From positions 1 to 29,112 of the forward strand of contig JAYZBQ010000087.1 in assembly GCA_036338695.1 (NCBI GenBank): a DNA stretch of 29,112 bases, in the 5' to 3' direction. Below are positions 1 through 10,389 of this stretch, piece by piece (position 1 is the first letter of the stretch; every line of letters starts with the position of its first letter). The notes beneath the pieces were generated by a model. It was given only the letters and a program-made list of their open reading frames with translations, had not been told where the DNA came from and made no database searches. Source of the stretch: Myxococcota bacterium (lineage in GTDB: Bacteria; Myxococcota; UBA4151). The position numbers and the translations under genes are program-made.

Positions 1-2901
1 GGGCGTTACCGTCAGCGTACCTGAAGCTCGCCCGCCTTTGCCGCCGTCATCGTCCACCGAACCACCGCAAACATCGGAGTCGCCCCCCTCTGCGCCTCTG
101 AGCTCAAGCCTGACCTCGCTGGCGCAAGCGGGCACCGTAAAGGTCTGTACCCCGCCCGTGTAGTTGAAGACCCGGCTCTGCGCCGGACAGCTCAGCTCGC
201 AGGTGTTCGAGCAGGCGTCGTTGTTGTTGTTGTTGCCGTCATCACAAGCCTCCACACCCGCACGCACCACGCCGTCGCCGCAGCGCGCGGCGACGCAGGT
301 GTTCAAGCACGCGTCGGTCTGCGTCTGATTACCGTCGTCGCAAGCCTCAACCCCGGCTTGGACTACCGAGTCACCGCAGCGAGCCGTTTGGCAGTTGTTG
401 AGGCACGCGTCGGTCTGCGTCTGGTTCCCATCATCGCATGCCTCGACGCCCGCTTGCACGAACGCGTCACCACAGCGAGCGGCGACGCAGGTGTTCAAGC
501 AGGCGTCGGTCTGAACTTGGTTGCCATCGTCGCAGGCTTCGACCCCAGCTTGGATAACGCCGTCACCGCAGCGCGCCGCAACGCAGTCGTTCCGGCAGGC
601 ATCGGTCTCCACCTCGTTGCCGTCGTCGCAGGATTCAACGCCCTGCTGGACCTGCGCATCACCGCAGCGAGCCACGGCGCAATTGTTGAGACAGGCATCG
701 GTCTGGACCTCGTTGCCGTCATCGCAAGCCTCGTAACCGGGTTCTCCGGCGCCGATATCCTGACGCCGCACGCCGTCGCCACATCGCGCCACCTCGCACC
801 GATCGGTGCACCCATCGGAAGGATCTTGGTTCCCGTCGTCACAGGCTTCATAGCCCGGATCGCCCGGCGCCAACCCAGCGCGCACAAAGCCATCACCGCA
901 GCCAGCAACCCGGCATGCGTTGGTGCAGGCGTCGCGGTTTTCACGGTTGGCGTCATCGCACGCCTCGACGCCCCGCCAGGTCACCCCGTCGCCGCAGCGT
1001 GCGGTTCGACAGCTGCTCAGACATGCGTCATCGTCAGCCTCGTTTCCGTCATCGCACTCTTCGACACCCACACGTAAAATCGCGTCACCACAGCGCGCCG
1101 GTGCGCAGGCGTTGGTGCAGGCGTCGGTGTCGACGCGGTTGCCGTCGTCACAGCTCTCCCCTGCGTCGACGCGACCATTGCCGCACCGCTCGACCCGACA
1201 GCTCGGATCGCAACCATCGCCAGCGACCGCGTTCCCGTCATCGCAGGCTTCCCCGTCATCGACGCGCCCGTTGCCGCAGCCCTCAACCCGGCACGCCTCA
1301 TCGCAACCATCGCCACCGTCGAGGTTACCATCGTCGCATTGCTCCACCCCTTCGCGCAGCAGCCCGTCACCACAGGTGGCGAGCTGGCTTGAGTTGGTGC
1401 AGGCGTCGACGTCGACGCGGTTCCCGTCATCGCAGCGCTCAAAGCCCGGCGCATCCTCGGCGAGGTCCTGCCTGAGGATCCCGTCCCCACACGTCGCGTT
1501 GCGACAAGCGCTGGTACAGGCGTCCGTGTCGACCTGATTTCCATCATCGCAGACCTCGCCGGCGTCGACCCGCCCGTTACCGCAGCGTTCGCTGCGACAT
1601 TCTCGATCACAGCCATCGCCCAGCTCTTGGTTCCCGTCATCACAGGCTTCGCCGAAATCGACCCGACCGTTGCCACAGGCTTCGACCTGACACGCCAGAT
1701 TGCAGCCGTCACCAACCTCTTGATTCCCGTCGTCGCAACGCTCCCCAGGATCCACACGACCATTACCGCACGACTCGAGCCGACACGATGCATCGCAGCC
1801 GTCGCCTGGTTCAAGGTTGCCGTCATCACAGCCTTCGGCGAGCAGGTTGCGGATCCCGTCGCCGCAAGCCGCTTCGACGCAGTCGTTGGTGCAGTCGTCG
1901 GTGTTGGCGCGGTTGCCGTCATCACAAGGCACATCGTGGTCGATGCGTCCGTTACCGCAAACCTCCGAGAGGCACCCCTGCGAGCATCCGTCCCCCGGCT
2001 CGGCGTTGGCGTCATCGCACTCTTCATCGCCCTCTTCGCCGACCTCGAGGTCGAGGCGGTGGATCCCATCGCCGCACTGCGCCGGTACGCACCGCTCCGT
2101 GCAGGCGTCGGCTGGGTCGGCGTTGCCATCGTCGCACAGCTCCTCACCTTCAAATAGGTAACCATCACCGCAGCTTGCCTGCGCACAGGAGCTCAAGCAG
2201 GCGTCGGTCTCGATGTCGTTGCCATCGTCGCACTGCTCACCCTCTTGGACCACCCCGTCACCGCAGCTTGCGGGCTGACATGCGTTGCACGCATCGCTCG
2301 GGTCGTCGTTCCCGTCATCGCAGCCCTCGCCTGGTCCGAGAATACCGTCACCGCAGCGCGCCTCGATACAGTTATTGAGGCAGGCATCGGAATCCTCTGA
2401 GTTGCCGTCATCGCAAGCTTCAAAACCATCCTGACCGGGCTCGAGATCACGGCGAACGACGCCGTCGCCACAGCGCGCCGCCACGCAGCCCCGCAGGCAC
2501 CCGTCGCTGTCTTCGAGGTTACCGTCATCGCACGCTTCGAAACCCGCTACGCCCTCGTCGAGGTCGAGCCGCACGATCCCGTCACCGCAAGCGGCGATGA
2601 CGCAGGCGTTGGTGCACCCGTCTTCGTCGATGTCGTTGCCATCATCACAGGCTTCAAAACCAACATCCTCTGCGCCGAGATCACTGCGCAAGACGCCATC
2701 ACCACAGCGGGCGAGGACGCACGCTGCCGTGCACTCATCCTCGTTGGCGATGTTGCCATCATCGCATTGCTCGTTCGCCTCGAGTTCCCCGTTACCGCAC
2801 GCGGCTTGCGTCTCGCGCACGACCACCTGATCGCCGCAAGATACCGCTAAAACAAACCCCAGCATGAGACCGAGACGTGGAAGATCACTTCGCCAATTCA
2901 T
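1..2901 (-). CDS. Large lipoprotein with 26 myxobacterial Cys-rich (DUF4215-type) repeats and a C-terminal glycine-rich domain; 3' end lies outside the window
   Basis: Not in the ORF track; translated by hand. ATG at 2901 with RBS AAAGGAG at 2908-2914. [22 protein letters not shown] lipoprotein signal, then CG[DN]G...CDDGN...C...C units, then [29 protein letters not shown]...[15 protein letters not shown]. Frame is open for 967 codons down to base 1. Confidence 0.92.
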   Translation of the reverse strand, partial: MNWRSDLPRLGLMLGFVLAVSCGDQVVVRETQAACGNGELEANEQCDDGNIANEDECTAACVLARCGDGVLRSDLGAEDVGFEACDDGNDIDEDGCTNACVIAACGDGIVRLDLDEGVAGFEACDDGNLEDSDGCLRGCVAARCGDGVVRRDLEPGQDGFEACDDGNSEDSDACLNNCIEARCGDGILGPGEGCDDGNDDPSDACNACQPASCGDGVVQEGEQCDDGNDIETDACLSSCAQASCGDGYLFEGEELCDDGNADPADACTERCVPAQCGDGIHRLDLEVGEEGDEECDDANAEPGDGCSQGCLSEVCGNGRIDHDVPCDDGNRANTDDCTNDCVEAACGDGIRNLLAEGCDDGNLEPGDGCDASCRLESCGNGRVDPGERCDDGNQEVGDGCNLACQVEACGNGRVDFGEACDDGNQELGDGCDRECRSERCGNGRVDAGEVCDDGNQVDTDACTSACRNATCGDGILRQDLAEDAPGFERCDDGNRVDVDACTNSSQLATCGDGLLREGVEQCDDGNLDGGDGCDEACRVEGCGNGRVDDGEACDDGNAVAGDGCDPSCRVERCGNGRVDAGESCDDGNRVDTDACTNACAPARCGDAILRVGVEECDDGNEADDDACLSSCRTARCGDGVTWRGVEACDDANRENRDACTNACRVAGCGDGFVRAGLAPGDPGYEACDDGNQDPSDGCTDRCEVARCGDGVRRQDIGAGEPGYEACDDGNEVQTDACLNNCAVARCGDAQVQQGVESCDDGNEVETDACRNDCVAARCGDGVIQAGVEACDDGNQVQTDACLNTCVAARCGDAFVQAGVEACDDGNQTQTDACLNNCQTARCGDSVVQAGVEACDDGNQTQTDACLNTCVAARCGDGVVRAGVEACDDGNNNNNDACSNTCELSCPAQSRVFNYTGGVQTFTVPACASEVRLELRGAEGGDSDVCGGSVDDDGGKGGRASGTLTVTP
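190..2799 (-). repeat. Intragenic tandem array of 26 Cys-rich repeats (30-32 aa short units and 39 aa long units)
   Basis: Manual split of the translation at CG[DN]; 870 aa, 7 long units with an RxDL-type insertion. Confidence 0.9.
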
Positions 2902-2918
2902 GACAGGCTCCTTTCGCG

Positions 2919-5900
2919 CTAGCGTACCCAGAGATTGAGGCTGTATGCCGCCTCACTCTCGCCCGAATTGTTGCCAAAATCCGACTCAGGCGGCGAGTCG
3001 GCGAAGCGCGCCTGGTTCGCCTCGGTGATTCCGATACCATGATCCGCACGACTGCAGCCGCTCCCCCCGCCGCCGATCATCATCACCGCGCCATCACCAC
3101 GGCTCCATGCACTCCAGAAGCTAATTTTGTTCCGAGTGGCAATGTCAGCGTCACAGTTCCATTGAGCGAAGCCTGCTGTTGTTTGATAGGCGCCACCATA
3201 GGTGATGTTGCACGAGCCACGCACCGCATTATCAGCCCAGATGCTGTTCCTAAAGTTGCCGTACCCGGTCAACTTGGCTCGCATCGTACCCCCACCGAGA
3301 CAGTTCCCCGACGTCACCAGCAAACCGGTGTGGTTCTGGTCGCTTCGCGTCACCTTGAGCTCAGCGCCCGAGACACGCCAGAACCCGGGGCTCAACATAT
3401 CAAGGTTTGCGGTCGGCGAGGTCGTGGTCCCTTGCGGTGTCACCTCATCGTACCACCACTGACCGGTGTCCTCCATCCAGTTCTTGGTGTCTGCGTTGGA
3501 AAACCGGCTCACGAGGGTCCAGCCGCCGCCATTACGCGTCATGTCACAATAGGCTTGAAAGGCGTCGGTGTGGGGCGCTCCGTTGGGGTCGAGCCAGTAG
3601 GTGCCGTCTCCCGGGTTACCGCCGGCATCCAGAATCGCTTTGCAGGAGGTCGCTGAACGCCCTTGTGATTCACCGAGTAAGCTGCGTGTGCAGTCATTTC
3701 GGCAGTCATCGTCATTATTCTGGTTACCGTCATCGCAGGCTTCGACACCCGCTTGGACCTGAGCGTCGCCGCAGCGAGCCGCTTCGCAATTGTTGAGGCA
3801 CGCGTCCGTCTGCGTTTGGTTCCCATCATCACATGCCTCGACCCCCTCCTGAACCACGCTGTCGCCGCAACGGGCGACTGCGCAGCTGTTTAGGCACGCG
3901 TCGGTCTGAACTTGGTTGCCGTCATCGCAAGCCTCAACCCCTGCCTGCACAAAGGCGTCGCCGCAGCGTGCGACCGCACAGCTGTTCAAGCAGGTATCGG
4001 TCTGCGCCTCGTTGCCGTCGTCACAGGCTTCCACGCCCGCTTGAACCAACCCGTCGCCGCAGCGAGCGGCCGTGCAGTCGTTCAAGCACGCGTCGGTCTG
4101 CACCTCGTTGCCGTCGTCGCAAGCCTCAACCCCGGCTTGAACCACGCCGTCGCCGCAGGTCGCCGAGCGGCAGCTGTTGCGGCAGCCGTCCGTCTCCACG
4201 TTGTTTCCGTCGTCGCAGTCCTCGACCCCTTGCTGCACGACGCCATCGCCGCAGCGCGCCACACTGCAGTCGTTGCGACAGGCATCGGTGTCGACGTTGT
4301 TGCCGTCATCGCAGGCGTCCTCGCCGGCTTGGACTACGCCGTCGCCGCAGCGCGCCACGGCGCCGCGGTTGAGGCAGGCGTCGGTGTCGACCTCGTTGCC
4401 ATCGTCACACCCTTCAACGCCAGCTCGTACAAAACCATCGCCGCAACGCGCCACCGAGCAGTCATTGAGGCAGGCGTCCGTTTGTCCTGCGTTGCCATCA
4501 TCACACGCTTCATATCCCGGGTCGCCTGCCTGGACGTCCAGCCGCCTTACACCGTCACCGCAGCGCGCCACGAGGCAGAGGTTACGACACCCGTCGTTGT
4601 CGTCGCGATTGCCGTCATCGCAGGCCTCGACCCCCTCGTGAACCACACCGTCACCACAGCGCGCCACGTTGCAGTCGTTGCGACACGCATCCGTGTCGAC
4701 GTTGTTGCCGTCATCGCACGCTTCGACGCCCGCACGGACCACGCCGTCCCCGCAGGTCGGTAGCGAGCAGTCGTTCCGGCAGCCGTCTGTGTCGTCTTGG
4801 TTGCCGTCGTCACACGCCTCGACGCCCTCAGCCACCACACCATCGCCGCAGCGCAAGCTCGTGCAGTCGTTGCGGCAGCCGTCGGTGTCGACTCGGTTGC
4901 CATCGTCACAAGCTTCTCGCCCTTCCCAGACCACGCCATCACCGCAGCGGGCGACCTGGCAGTTCGACCGACAGGCGTCGCTCTCAACTTGGTTCCCGTC
5001 GTCGCATTCCTCGCCTTGGGCGCGCAGGATCCGATCACCGCAGCGAGCGTTTCGGCACCCGTTGGTGCAGTCATCCGAATCATCGTTGTTGGCGTCGTCG
5101 CACTCCTCGCCCTCGTCGACTTGACCGTCTCCGCACCGCTCCTGGTCACAGCTCGGCGAGCAACCATCGCCCGCCTCTGCGTTGCCGTCATCGCACTCCT
5201 CAAAGGCTGGGTCCTCAGGGGCGAGGTCGTTTCGGCGGACGCCGTCGCCGCAGCGCGCCGGGACGCAGGCGGCGCTGCAGCCGTCCGTCTCGACCTGGTT
5301 CCCGTCATCACAAGCTTCCTCAAAGTCGATCCGGCCGTTACCGCAGCGCTCCACACCGCAGCCATCCGAGCACCCGTCGCCCACCTCAAGGTTGCCGTCA
5401 TCGCACTCCTCGTAACCCTCCTGCTCGGGCTGCAGGTCACGCCGCAAAATGCGATCCCCGCAGCGCGCCAGCTCACAGCCTGTGGTGCACGCGTCCGCTG
5501 GGTCGGCGTTGGCGTCGTCGCAGGCTTCATACCCAGGCGCGCCCGGCTCAAGGTCCAGCCGCTGCACGCCGTCACCGCAGCGCGCCGGCGCGCAGGTGCT
5601 CAGGCAGCCGTCGGTGTCCTCCGTGTTGCCGTCATCGCAGATCTCGCTGTCTTGAACGACGCCGTCACCGCAGCTCGCAGGAACGCAGTTGTTGCAGCCA
5701 TCCGTTGGGTCCTCGTTGCCGTCGTCACAGCCCTCATTCGGCCCCAAGACGCCGTCGCCGCAGCGCGCCTGCGCGCAGCTGTTCAGGCAGGTGTCCGTGT
5801 CGTCTTCGTTGCCGTCATCGCAAGCTTCGTAGCCCGGCTCGCCCTCGCCTAAGTCGGTGCGCACGACGCCGTCACCGCACCGAGCGACCACGCAGGTAGA

Positions 5901-6287
5901 GCGGCAGGCATCGGCGTCGTCCATGTTGCCGTCGTCGCAGGCTTCGAAGCTCGAGTGCCCCTCACCCACGTCGGCGCGGACCACGCCGTCGCCACACGAG
6001 GCGACCCGGCAGCCATTGAGGCAGGCGTCGCTCGATATCTCATTGCCGTCGTCGCAGCCCTCATAATCAGGATCGTCCGGGCTGAGGTCCGAGCGCATAA
6101 TGCCGTCTCCGCACCGCGCCAGCTTGCAGCCGTCGGTGCACGCGTCACCGGGCTCCTCGTTCCCGTCATCACACTGCTCGTCCTGCTCGACCTCACCATT
6201 GCCGCACGCCGCTTGGGTCTCGCGCACGACCACTTGGTCCCCGCACGACAGACTCAGCAACACCCCGAACAGAACGAACAGGCGCAT
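2919..6287 (-). CDS. Large lipoprotein (1122 aa) with 25 Cys-rich DUF4215-type repeats and a C-terminal fibrinogen-related (intelectin-like) domain
   Basis: Signal [15 protein letters not shown], then 25 repeat units. C-terminal 252 aa begin with the fibrinogen-domain signature SCKAIL...DGTYWLDP...[19 protein letters not shown]. Confidence 0.93.
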   Translation of the reverse strand: MRLFVLFGVLLSLSCGDQVVVRETQAACGNGEVEQDEQCDDGNEEPGDACTDGCKLARCGDGIMRSDLSPDDPDYEGCDDGNEISSDACLNGCRVASCGDGVVRADVGEGHSSFEACDDGNMDDADACRSTCVVARCGDGVVRTDLGEGEPGYEACDDGNEDDTDTCLNSCAQARCGDGVLGPNEGCDDGNEDPTDGCNNCVPASCGDGVVQDSEICDDGNTEDTDGCLSTCAPARCGDGVQRLDLEPGAPGYEACDDANADPADACTTGCELARCGDRILRRDLQPEQEGYEECDDGNLEVGDGCSDGCGVERCGNGRIDFEEACDDGNQVETDGCSAACVPARCGDGVRRNDLAPEDPAFEECDDGNAEAGDGCSPSCDQERCGDGQVDEGEECDDANNDDSDDCTNGCRNARCGDRILRAQGEECDDGNQVESDACRSNCQVARCGDGVVWEGREACDDGNRVDTDGCRNDCTSLRCGDGVVAEGVEACDDGNQDDTDGCRNDCSLPTCGDGVVRAGVEACDDGNNVDTDACRNDCNVARCGDGVVHEGVEACDDGNRDDNDGCRNLCLVARCGDGVRRLDVQAGDPGYEACDDGNAGQTDACLNDCSVARCGDGFVRAGVEGCDDGNEVDTDACLNRGAVARCGDGVVQAGEDACDDGNNVDTDACRNDCSVARCGDGVVQQGVEDCDDGNNVETDGCRNSCRSATCGDGVVQAGVEACDDGNEVQTDACLNDCTAARCGDGLVQAGVEACDDGNEAQTDTCLNSCAVARCGDAFVQAGVEACDDGNQVQTDACLNSCAVARCGDSVVQEGVEACDDGNQTQTDACLNNCEAARCGDAQVQAGVEACDDGNQNNDDDCRNDCTRSLLGESQGRSATSCKAILDAGGNPGDGTYWLDPNGAPHTDAFQAYCDMTRNGGGWTLVSRFSNADTKNWMEDTGQWWYDEVTPQGTTTSPTANLDMLSPGFWRVSGAELKVTRSDQNHTGLLVTSGNCLGGGTMRAKLTGYGNFRNSIWADNAVRGSCNITYGGAYQTTAGFAQWNCDADIATRNKISFWSAWSRGDGAVMMIGGGGSGCSRADHGIGITEANQARFADSPPESDFGNNSGESEAAYSLNLWVR
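3678..6206 (-). repeat. Intragenic tandem array of 25 Cys-rich repeats
   Basis: Manual split of the 1122-aa ORF; 843 aa, 7 long units. The last units are near-identical ([26 protein letters not shown]). Confidence 0.9.
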
Positions 6288-6383
6288 GAGGCCCCCAAAG
6301 CGTAGTTCATCAAGGCTGGCAGAATCAGGGATTCACTCGACAAAGGCAACCGCCTGCGACGACATCTCGGCTGATGGAGCCGA

Positions 6384-7103
6384 TCAGCCTGCGCCGAGCG
6401 CCGCTCGGACCGCCATGCTGACGCTGAGGCTCAGGCTGTAGAGCGCGCCGATCGGCTCGCTGATGAGCCAGGGCAGCCGAAACACGATCAAAAGCAGGAT
6501 CAAGAACCCCCAAGGGCCAAGGTGCGCCAGCCGATCCGCCAGCGCGTCGGGCAAAAAGGGCGCCAGCACCTTCTCGCCATCGAGCGGCGCGATCGGGATC
6601 AAGTTAAAGACCGCGAGCAAACAGTTAATGTACACGAAGCGATCAAGCGCCCACGCCACACTGGCTGCGGTCTCGTCGGGGTTCAAGCCACCACCGACAG
6701 CCGATACGCCTTGCCCCAGGCTCGCCAGCACGGCGCCGAGCGCAACCGCGGCGAGCGCCGCCTGCGCCAAGTTGGCACCCGGCCCGGCAAAGGCCACTAA
6801 GAACTCACCCCATTTACGCTGAAGCCGTCGTCCCCAGAGGGTGCGATTCCACCGCCCCGGATTGTACGGCACGGGGCGCCCGGCGGCGACAAAGAAACCG
6901 CCGAATTGCAACCCGAGAAAAGGGATCAAAAGGGTCCACATGGGATCCGAGTGACTCACCGGGTTGAGGGTCACTCGGCCGAGCTCGTCCGCCGTCGGGT
7001 CGCCGAGCCGGGTCGTCGTCCAGGCGTGCGCCCACTCGTGGATGCTGATCGAGAGCACCAGCAGCAAAACCGTTGCGACGTTCTCTAGGGTCACGCCATC
7101 CAT
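6384..7103 (-). CDS. Site-2 protease family (peptidase M50) membrane zinc metalloprotease
   Basis: HEWAH and NLIPIAPLDG motifs, multiple hydrophobic segments. Start moved to ATG 7103 (MDGVTLE), which overlaps the purL stop (TGATG). Confidence 0.9.
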   Translation of the reverse strand: MDGVTLENVATVLLLVLSISIHEWAHAWTTTRLGDPTADELGRVTLNPVSHSDPMWTLLIPFLGLQFGGFFVAAGRPVPYNPGRWNRTLWGRRLQRKWGEFLVAFAGPGANLAQAALAAVALGAVLASLGQGVSAVGGGLNPDETAASVAWALDRFVYINCLLAVFNLIPIAPLDGEKVLAPFLPDALADRLAHLGPWGFLILLLIVFRLPWLISEPIGALYSLSLSVSMAVRAALGAG

Positions 7104-9322
7104 CAGAGGTCTACGGCGCGCGTCAACCCGTGCTGATCGGCGTCCACCAGCGCAGCGACATCGAGCGCCCGAGCGCCCTCGATGGTCAAGGTGCTGCCAC
7201 CGGTCACGCCGATGAACTGCAGCGGCACGCCCGCCTCTGCACACCGCGCCTCAAGGGCGCTGCGTTGCGCCGGCGACACCGCCACCAGCGCCCGCGCTCC
7301 GTCCTCAGCGAAGAGCGCAGCGCCGAGGTCCTCATGCACCGCCGAGAGGTTGTAGGTGCCACCGATCGGCCCCGCGCCTCGGACCGAGGCTCGCACCAGC
7401 GCCATGGCGAGCCCGCCAATGCTCAGGTCGTGCGCCGTCGCGACGGCACCCTCTTGCACCAACTGCACCAGCAGCGTCACCAGCGCTCGCTCCGCTTCCG
7501 CTCGAAAGGCGGGCGGCTTGCCCGAGATGCTGCCCAAGCGCTCCTTTTGATACAGGCTCCCACCGAATTCGCCCTCGGTGCTTCCGAGCAAAGCGACCTC
7601 AAGACCCGCCTCACCGAAGCTGCTGCGCACGCCATGATCGCACCGCTCGGCGAGGCCCACCAAGCCGACGCTGGGCGTTGGGTAAATGTTGTTGCCGTCG
7701 GTGGTGTTGTAGAAGCTGACGTTCCCCGACACCACAGGGCAGTCCAAGACTTTGGTCGCCTCCGTGATCCCGTCGACCGCCTCGCTGAACTGCCACATCA
7801 CCTCCGGGTGCTCGGGGTTACCAAAGTTCATGCAGTCGGTGATTGCACGTGGCGTGGCGCCTACACAGGCAACGTTCCGAGCGCCCTCGGCGACCGCCAT
7901 GGCACCCCCCGTCCACGGGTCCAGCCAGCAGTAGCTCGGGTTGCAGTCGGTCGTCACGGCGAGGCCCTTGCCGTTGGGCAGTCGAACCAAGGCGCCGTCA
8001 CCTCCGGGCGGCACCACAGTCCCCAATCGCACCATGTGATCGTATTGCTGGTAGATCCATCGCTTGTCGGCCACGTTGGGATGCGCGGCGAGCCGCTCAA
8101 TCCAGTCGGCCGCCGAGTCAGCGTCCAACCCCAGCAGCGTGGAGGCGTCGAAGGTCTGCCTCTCAGCGAGGTCCGCCGGCGGCGCCAGCGGGCGATGATA
8201 GACCGGGCTGGCCTCGCTCAGCGGCATCGCCGGAAGCTCGGCCTTGACCTCACCGTCTTTGATGATCCGCACCATGCCGTCGTCCGTGACCGTCCCAACG
8301 CGCGCACACTCTAGATCCCAGCGTGCGAAAATCGCTGCGACCTCATCGACCCGCTCCGGCGCGGTGACCAACAACATACGCTCCTGGCTCTCGCTGAGCA
8401 TCAGCTCAAACGCGGTCATCCCCGGCTCACGCGTGGGCACTGCGTCGAGATCCATCTCCACGCCCGTGCCGGCTCGGCCCGCCATCTCAAAACTCGAGGA
8501 GGTCAAGCCGGCGGCGCCCATATCTTGGATACCCACGACAGCGTCGGTCTGAAACAGCTCGAGACACGCCTCGAGCAACAGCTTTTCATAAAACGGGTCG
8601 CCGACCTGGACGGTCGGTCGGTCCGCCTCGACCTCAGAGTCGAAAGCGCCGGAGGCCATCGTGGCGCCGCCGATCCCGTCGCGCCCCGTCTTCGCACCCA
8701 CATAGAGGACCGCGTTGCCCACGCCCGAGGCGGTTCCGTAGAAGATGTTGTCGGCGTCTACGGTGCCAACGGTCATGGCGTTGACTAGGATGTTGCCATT
8801 GTAGCTCTCGTCAAAGGTGACCTCACCGCCGACGGTCGGCACACCGATGCAATTACCGTAACCGGCGATGCCCGCAACCACGCCCTCGACTAAGGTCTTG
8901 GTCTTTGGGTGATCCGGGGCGCCAAAACGGAGGCTGTTGAGGGAGGCGATCGGGCGTGCGCCCATGGTGAAGACGTCGCGCAAAATCCCGCCGACCCCGG
9001 TGGCGGCGCCCTGGTAGGGCTCGATAAAGCTCGGGTGGTTGTGGCTCTCCATCTTGAACGCCAGCGCCAAGCCATCACCTGCGTCGATGATCCCTGCGTT
9101 CTCACCGGGACCGCAAATCACCTGGGAACCCTCTGTGTGAAACCGGCGCAGGTGCGCCTTGGAGCTCTTGTAAGAGCAGTGCTCGTTCCACATCGCCGAG
9201 AAGATGCCCAACTCCGTGAACGACGGCACGCGCCCAAGGATTTCTAGAGCTTTTTCATACTCTTCGGCGGTCATCCCTAAGCTCTGAGCGAGCGCTACGT
9301 TGACTTCGGGTTCTTGGATCAT
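7103..9322 (-). CDS. purL: Phosphoribosylformylglycinamidine synthase subunit PurL (small type)
   Basis: [72 protein letters not shown] motifs. Start set at ATG 9322 (MIQEPEV), just after the purQ stop. Confidence 0.97.
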   Translation of the reverse strand: MIQEPEVNVALAQSLGMTAEEYEKALEILGRVPSFTELGIFSAMWNEHCSYKSSKAHLRRFHTEGSQVICGPGENAGIIDAGDGLALAFKMESHNHPSFIEPYQGAATGVGGILRDVFTMGARPIASLNSLRFGAPDHPKTKTLVEGVVAGIAGYGNCIGVPTVGGEVTFDESYNGNILVNAMTVGTVDADNIFYGTASGVGNAVLYVGAKTGRDGIGGATMASGAFDSEVEADRPTVQVGDPFYEKLLLEACLELFQTDAVVGIQDMGAAGLTSSSFEMAGRAGTGVEMDLDAVPTREPGMTAFELMLSESQERMLLVTAPERVDEVAAIFARWDLECARVGTVTDDGMVRIIKDGEVKAELPAMPLSEASPVYHRPLAPPADLAERQTFDASTLLGLDADSAADWIERLAAHPNVADKRWIYQQYDHMVRLGTVVPPGGDGALVRLPNGKGLAVTTDCNPSYCWLDPWTGGAMAVAEGARNVACVGATPRAITDCMNFGNPEHPEVMWQFSEAVDGITEATKVLDCPVVSGNVSFYNTTDGNNIYPTPSVGLVGLAERCDHGVRSSFGEAGLEVALLGSTEGEFGGSLYQKERLGSISGKPPAFRAEAERALVTLLVQLVQEGAVATAHDLSIGGLAMALVRASVRGAGPIGGTYNLSAVHEDLGAALFAEDGARALVAVSPAQRSALEARCAEAGVPLQFIGVTGGSTLTIEGARALDVAALVDADQHGLTRAVDL

Positions 9323-9326
9323 CTTC

Positions 9327-10016
9327 TTATCCCAACATGCTTTCAAAGAGCATCCGGCCGTCCTCGCCTCCGAGGATCCCTTCGGCGTAGCGCTCTGGAT
9401 GCGGCATCATACCCAAGACGTTGCCTTGTGCGTTCAGGAGACCGGCGACGTGACCACGAGCGCCGTTCGGATTCGACGTCTCGCCGAGCTCCCCGTCGGC
9501 GTCGCAGTATTGCAGGAGGATCTGACCGTTCGCTTCGAGGCGCTCCCAGGTGGCGTCGTCGCAGGTCCAATTGCCTTCCATGTGGGCGATCGGGATCACC
9601 AGCGGACGATCCACGTTCACCGCTCGAGTGAACACCGAGTCCTTTCGGTTCACACGCAGGTGCACCGGTTTGCAGATGAACTTGCCCGAGGCGTTGTGAA
9701 GCATCGCACCCTCGAGCAGACCCGACTCGAGCAGGATCTGAAAGCCGTTGCAGATCCCGATGACCACGCCGCCGCGCTCGGCGAAGGACACGACGGCGTC
9801 CATGATCGGCGAGAACCGCGCAATGGCACCCGAGCGCAGGTAATCACCATAGGAAAACCCACCGGGGATGCAGACGGCGTCACACCCATCGGGCAGCGCC
9901 GTCTCCTTGTGCCAAACGCGCACCACCTCATGACCAAGGACGGGTCCGAGGACGTGGGCGCAGTCGTCGTCGCAGTTGCTCCCCGGGAAGGTGACGACCG
10001 CCACCTTTCGGCTCAC
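9327..10016 (-). CDS. purQ: Phosphoribosylformylglycinamidine synthase glutaminase subunit PurQ
   Basis: [40 protein letters not shown] motifs. GTG start at 10016 overlaps the purS stop (GTGA). Confidence 0.97.
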   Translation of the reverse strand: MSRKVAVVTFPGSNCDDDCAHVLGPVLGHEVVRVWHKETALPDGCDAVCIPGGFSYGDYLRSGAIARFSPIMDAVVSFAERGGVVIGICNGFQILLESGLLEGAMLHNASGKFICKPVHLRVNRKDSVFTRAVNVDRPLVIPIAHMEGNWTCDDATWERLEANGQILLQYCDADGELGETSNPNGARGHVAGLLNAQGNVLGMMPHPERYAEGILGGEDGRMLFESMLG

Positions 10017-10258
10017 GCTTCCCACGACACACTCCAGGTCTCGATAACCGGGTTTGCCAACAACTTATCAGCAGCTTGCTCGACTTGTAGTTGAGCCTCT
10101 TCCTTGGAGACTCCATCGGCGATCTCAAGGACGATACGTTTGCCGACACGGACGCCGGCAACGGCGCTGAGCCCCATGTTGGCTAGCGCCCCTTCGACCG
10201 CCTTACCTTGGGGATCTAGGACTTTCGGGTTGAGCATCACTTCGACGATTGCGCGCAT
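10013..10258 (-). CDS. purS: Phosphoribosylformylglycinamidine synthase subunit PurS
   Basis: 81 aa with VLDPQGKAV, VRVGK and LLANPVIE motifs; RBS GAGG; first gene of purS-purQ-purL. Confidence 0.96.
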   Translation of the reverse strand: MRAIVEVMLNPKVLDPQGKAVEGALANMGLSAVAGVRVGKRIVLEIADGVSKEEAQLQVEQAADKLLANPVIETWSVSWEA

Positions 10259-10389
10259 CGTTTTCCTCGTCGCCCGGACCGGGCGTGCGAGCGCTAACGG
10301 CTTTCACGCGTGCGCACAAGGGCGCGCACGATGCGCCTGGTCAAAGCGGCGCGCTCGGACTAAGCAGCAGGCAGACGATGGGAGTCCCA

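Noticed and set aside
190..6206. Roughly 96-nt periodic DNA repeats as a possible CRISPR array or non-coding repeat
   Set aside because: Units are in-frame, vary mainly at synonymous positions and lack a constant repeat/unique spacer structure; no cas genes are present.
1..6287. Diversity-generating retroelement acting on the tip domains
   Set aside because: No reverse transcriptase and no template/variable repeat pair differing at adenines is visible in the window.
358..6305. Many long plus-strand and alternate-frame ORFs over the two stalk genes (e.g. 358..1077, 1017..2186, 3912..4763, 4797..5852)
   Set aside because: Shadow ORFs produced by high GC and the repetitive codon pattern of the real minus-strand genes; their periodicity simply mirrors the repeats.
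6367..6383. Hairpin TCGGCT-N5-AGCCGA after the M50 gene as a terminator
   Set aside because: Only a 6-bp stem and no U-tract; too weak to call.
7073..8314. 413-aa plus-strand ORF
   Set aside because: Antisense shadow of purL with no recognisable motifs.
10259..10389. Purine or ZTP riboswitch upstream of purS (contains inverted repeat CGCCCGGACCGGGCG)
   Set aside because: I could not match the conserved riboswitch motifs; short GC hairpins are expected by chance. An Rfam/Infernal scan would settle it.
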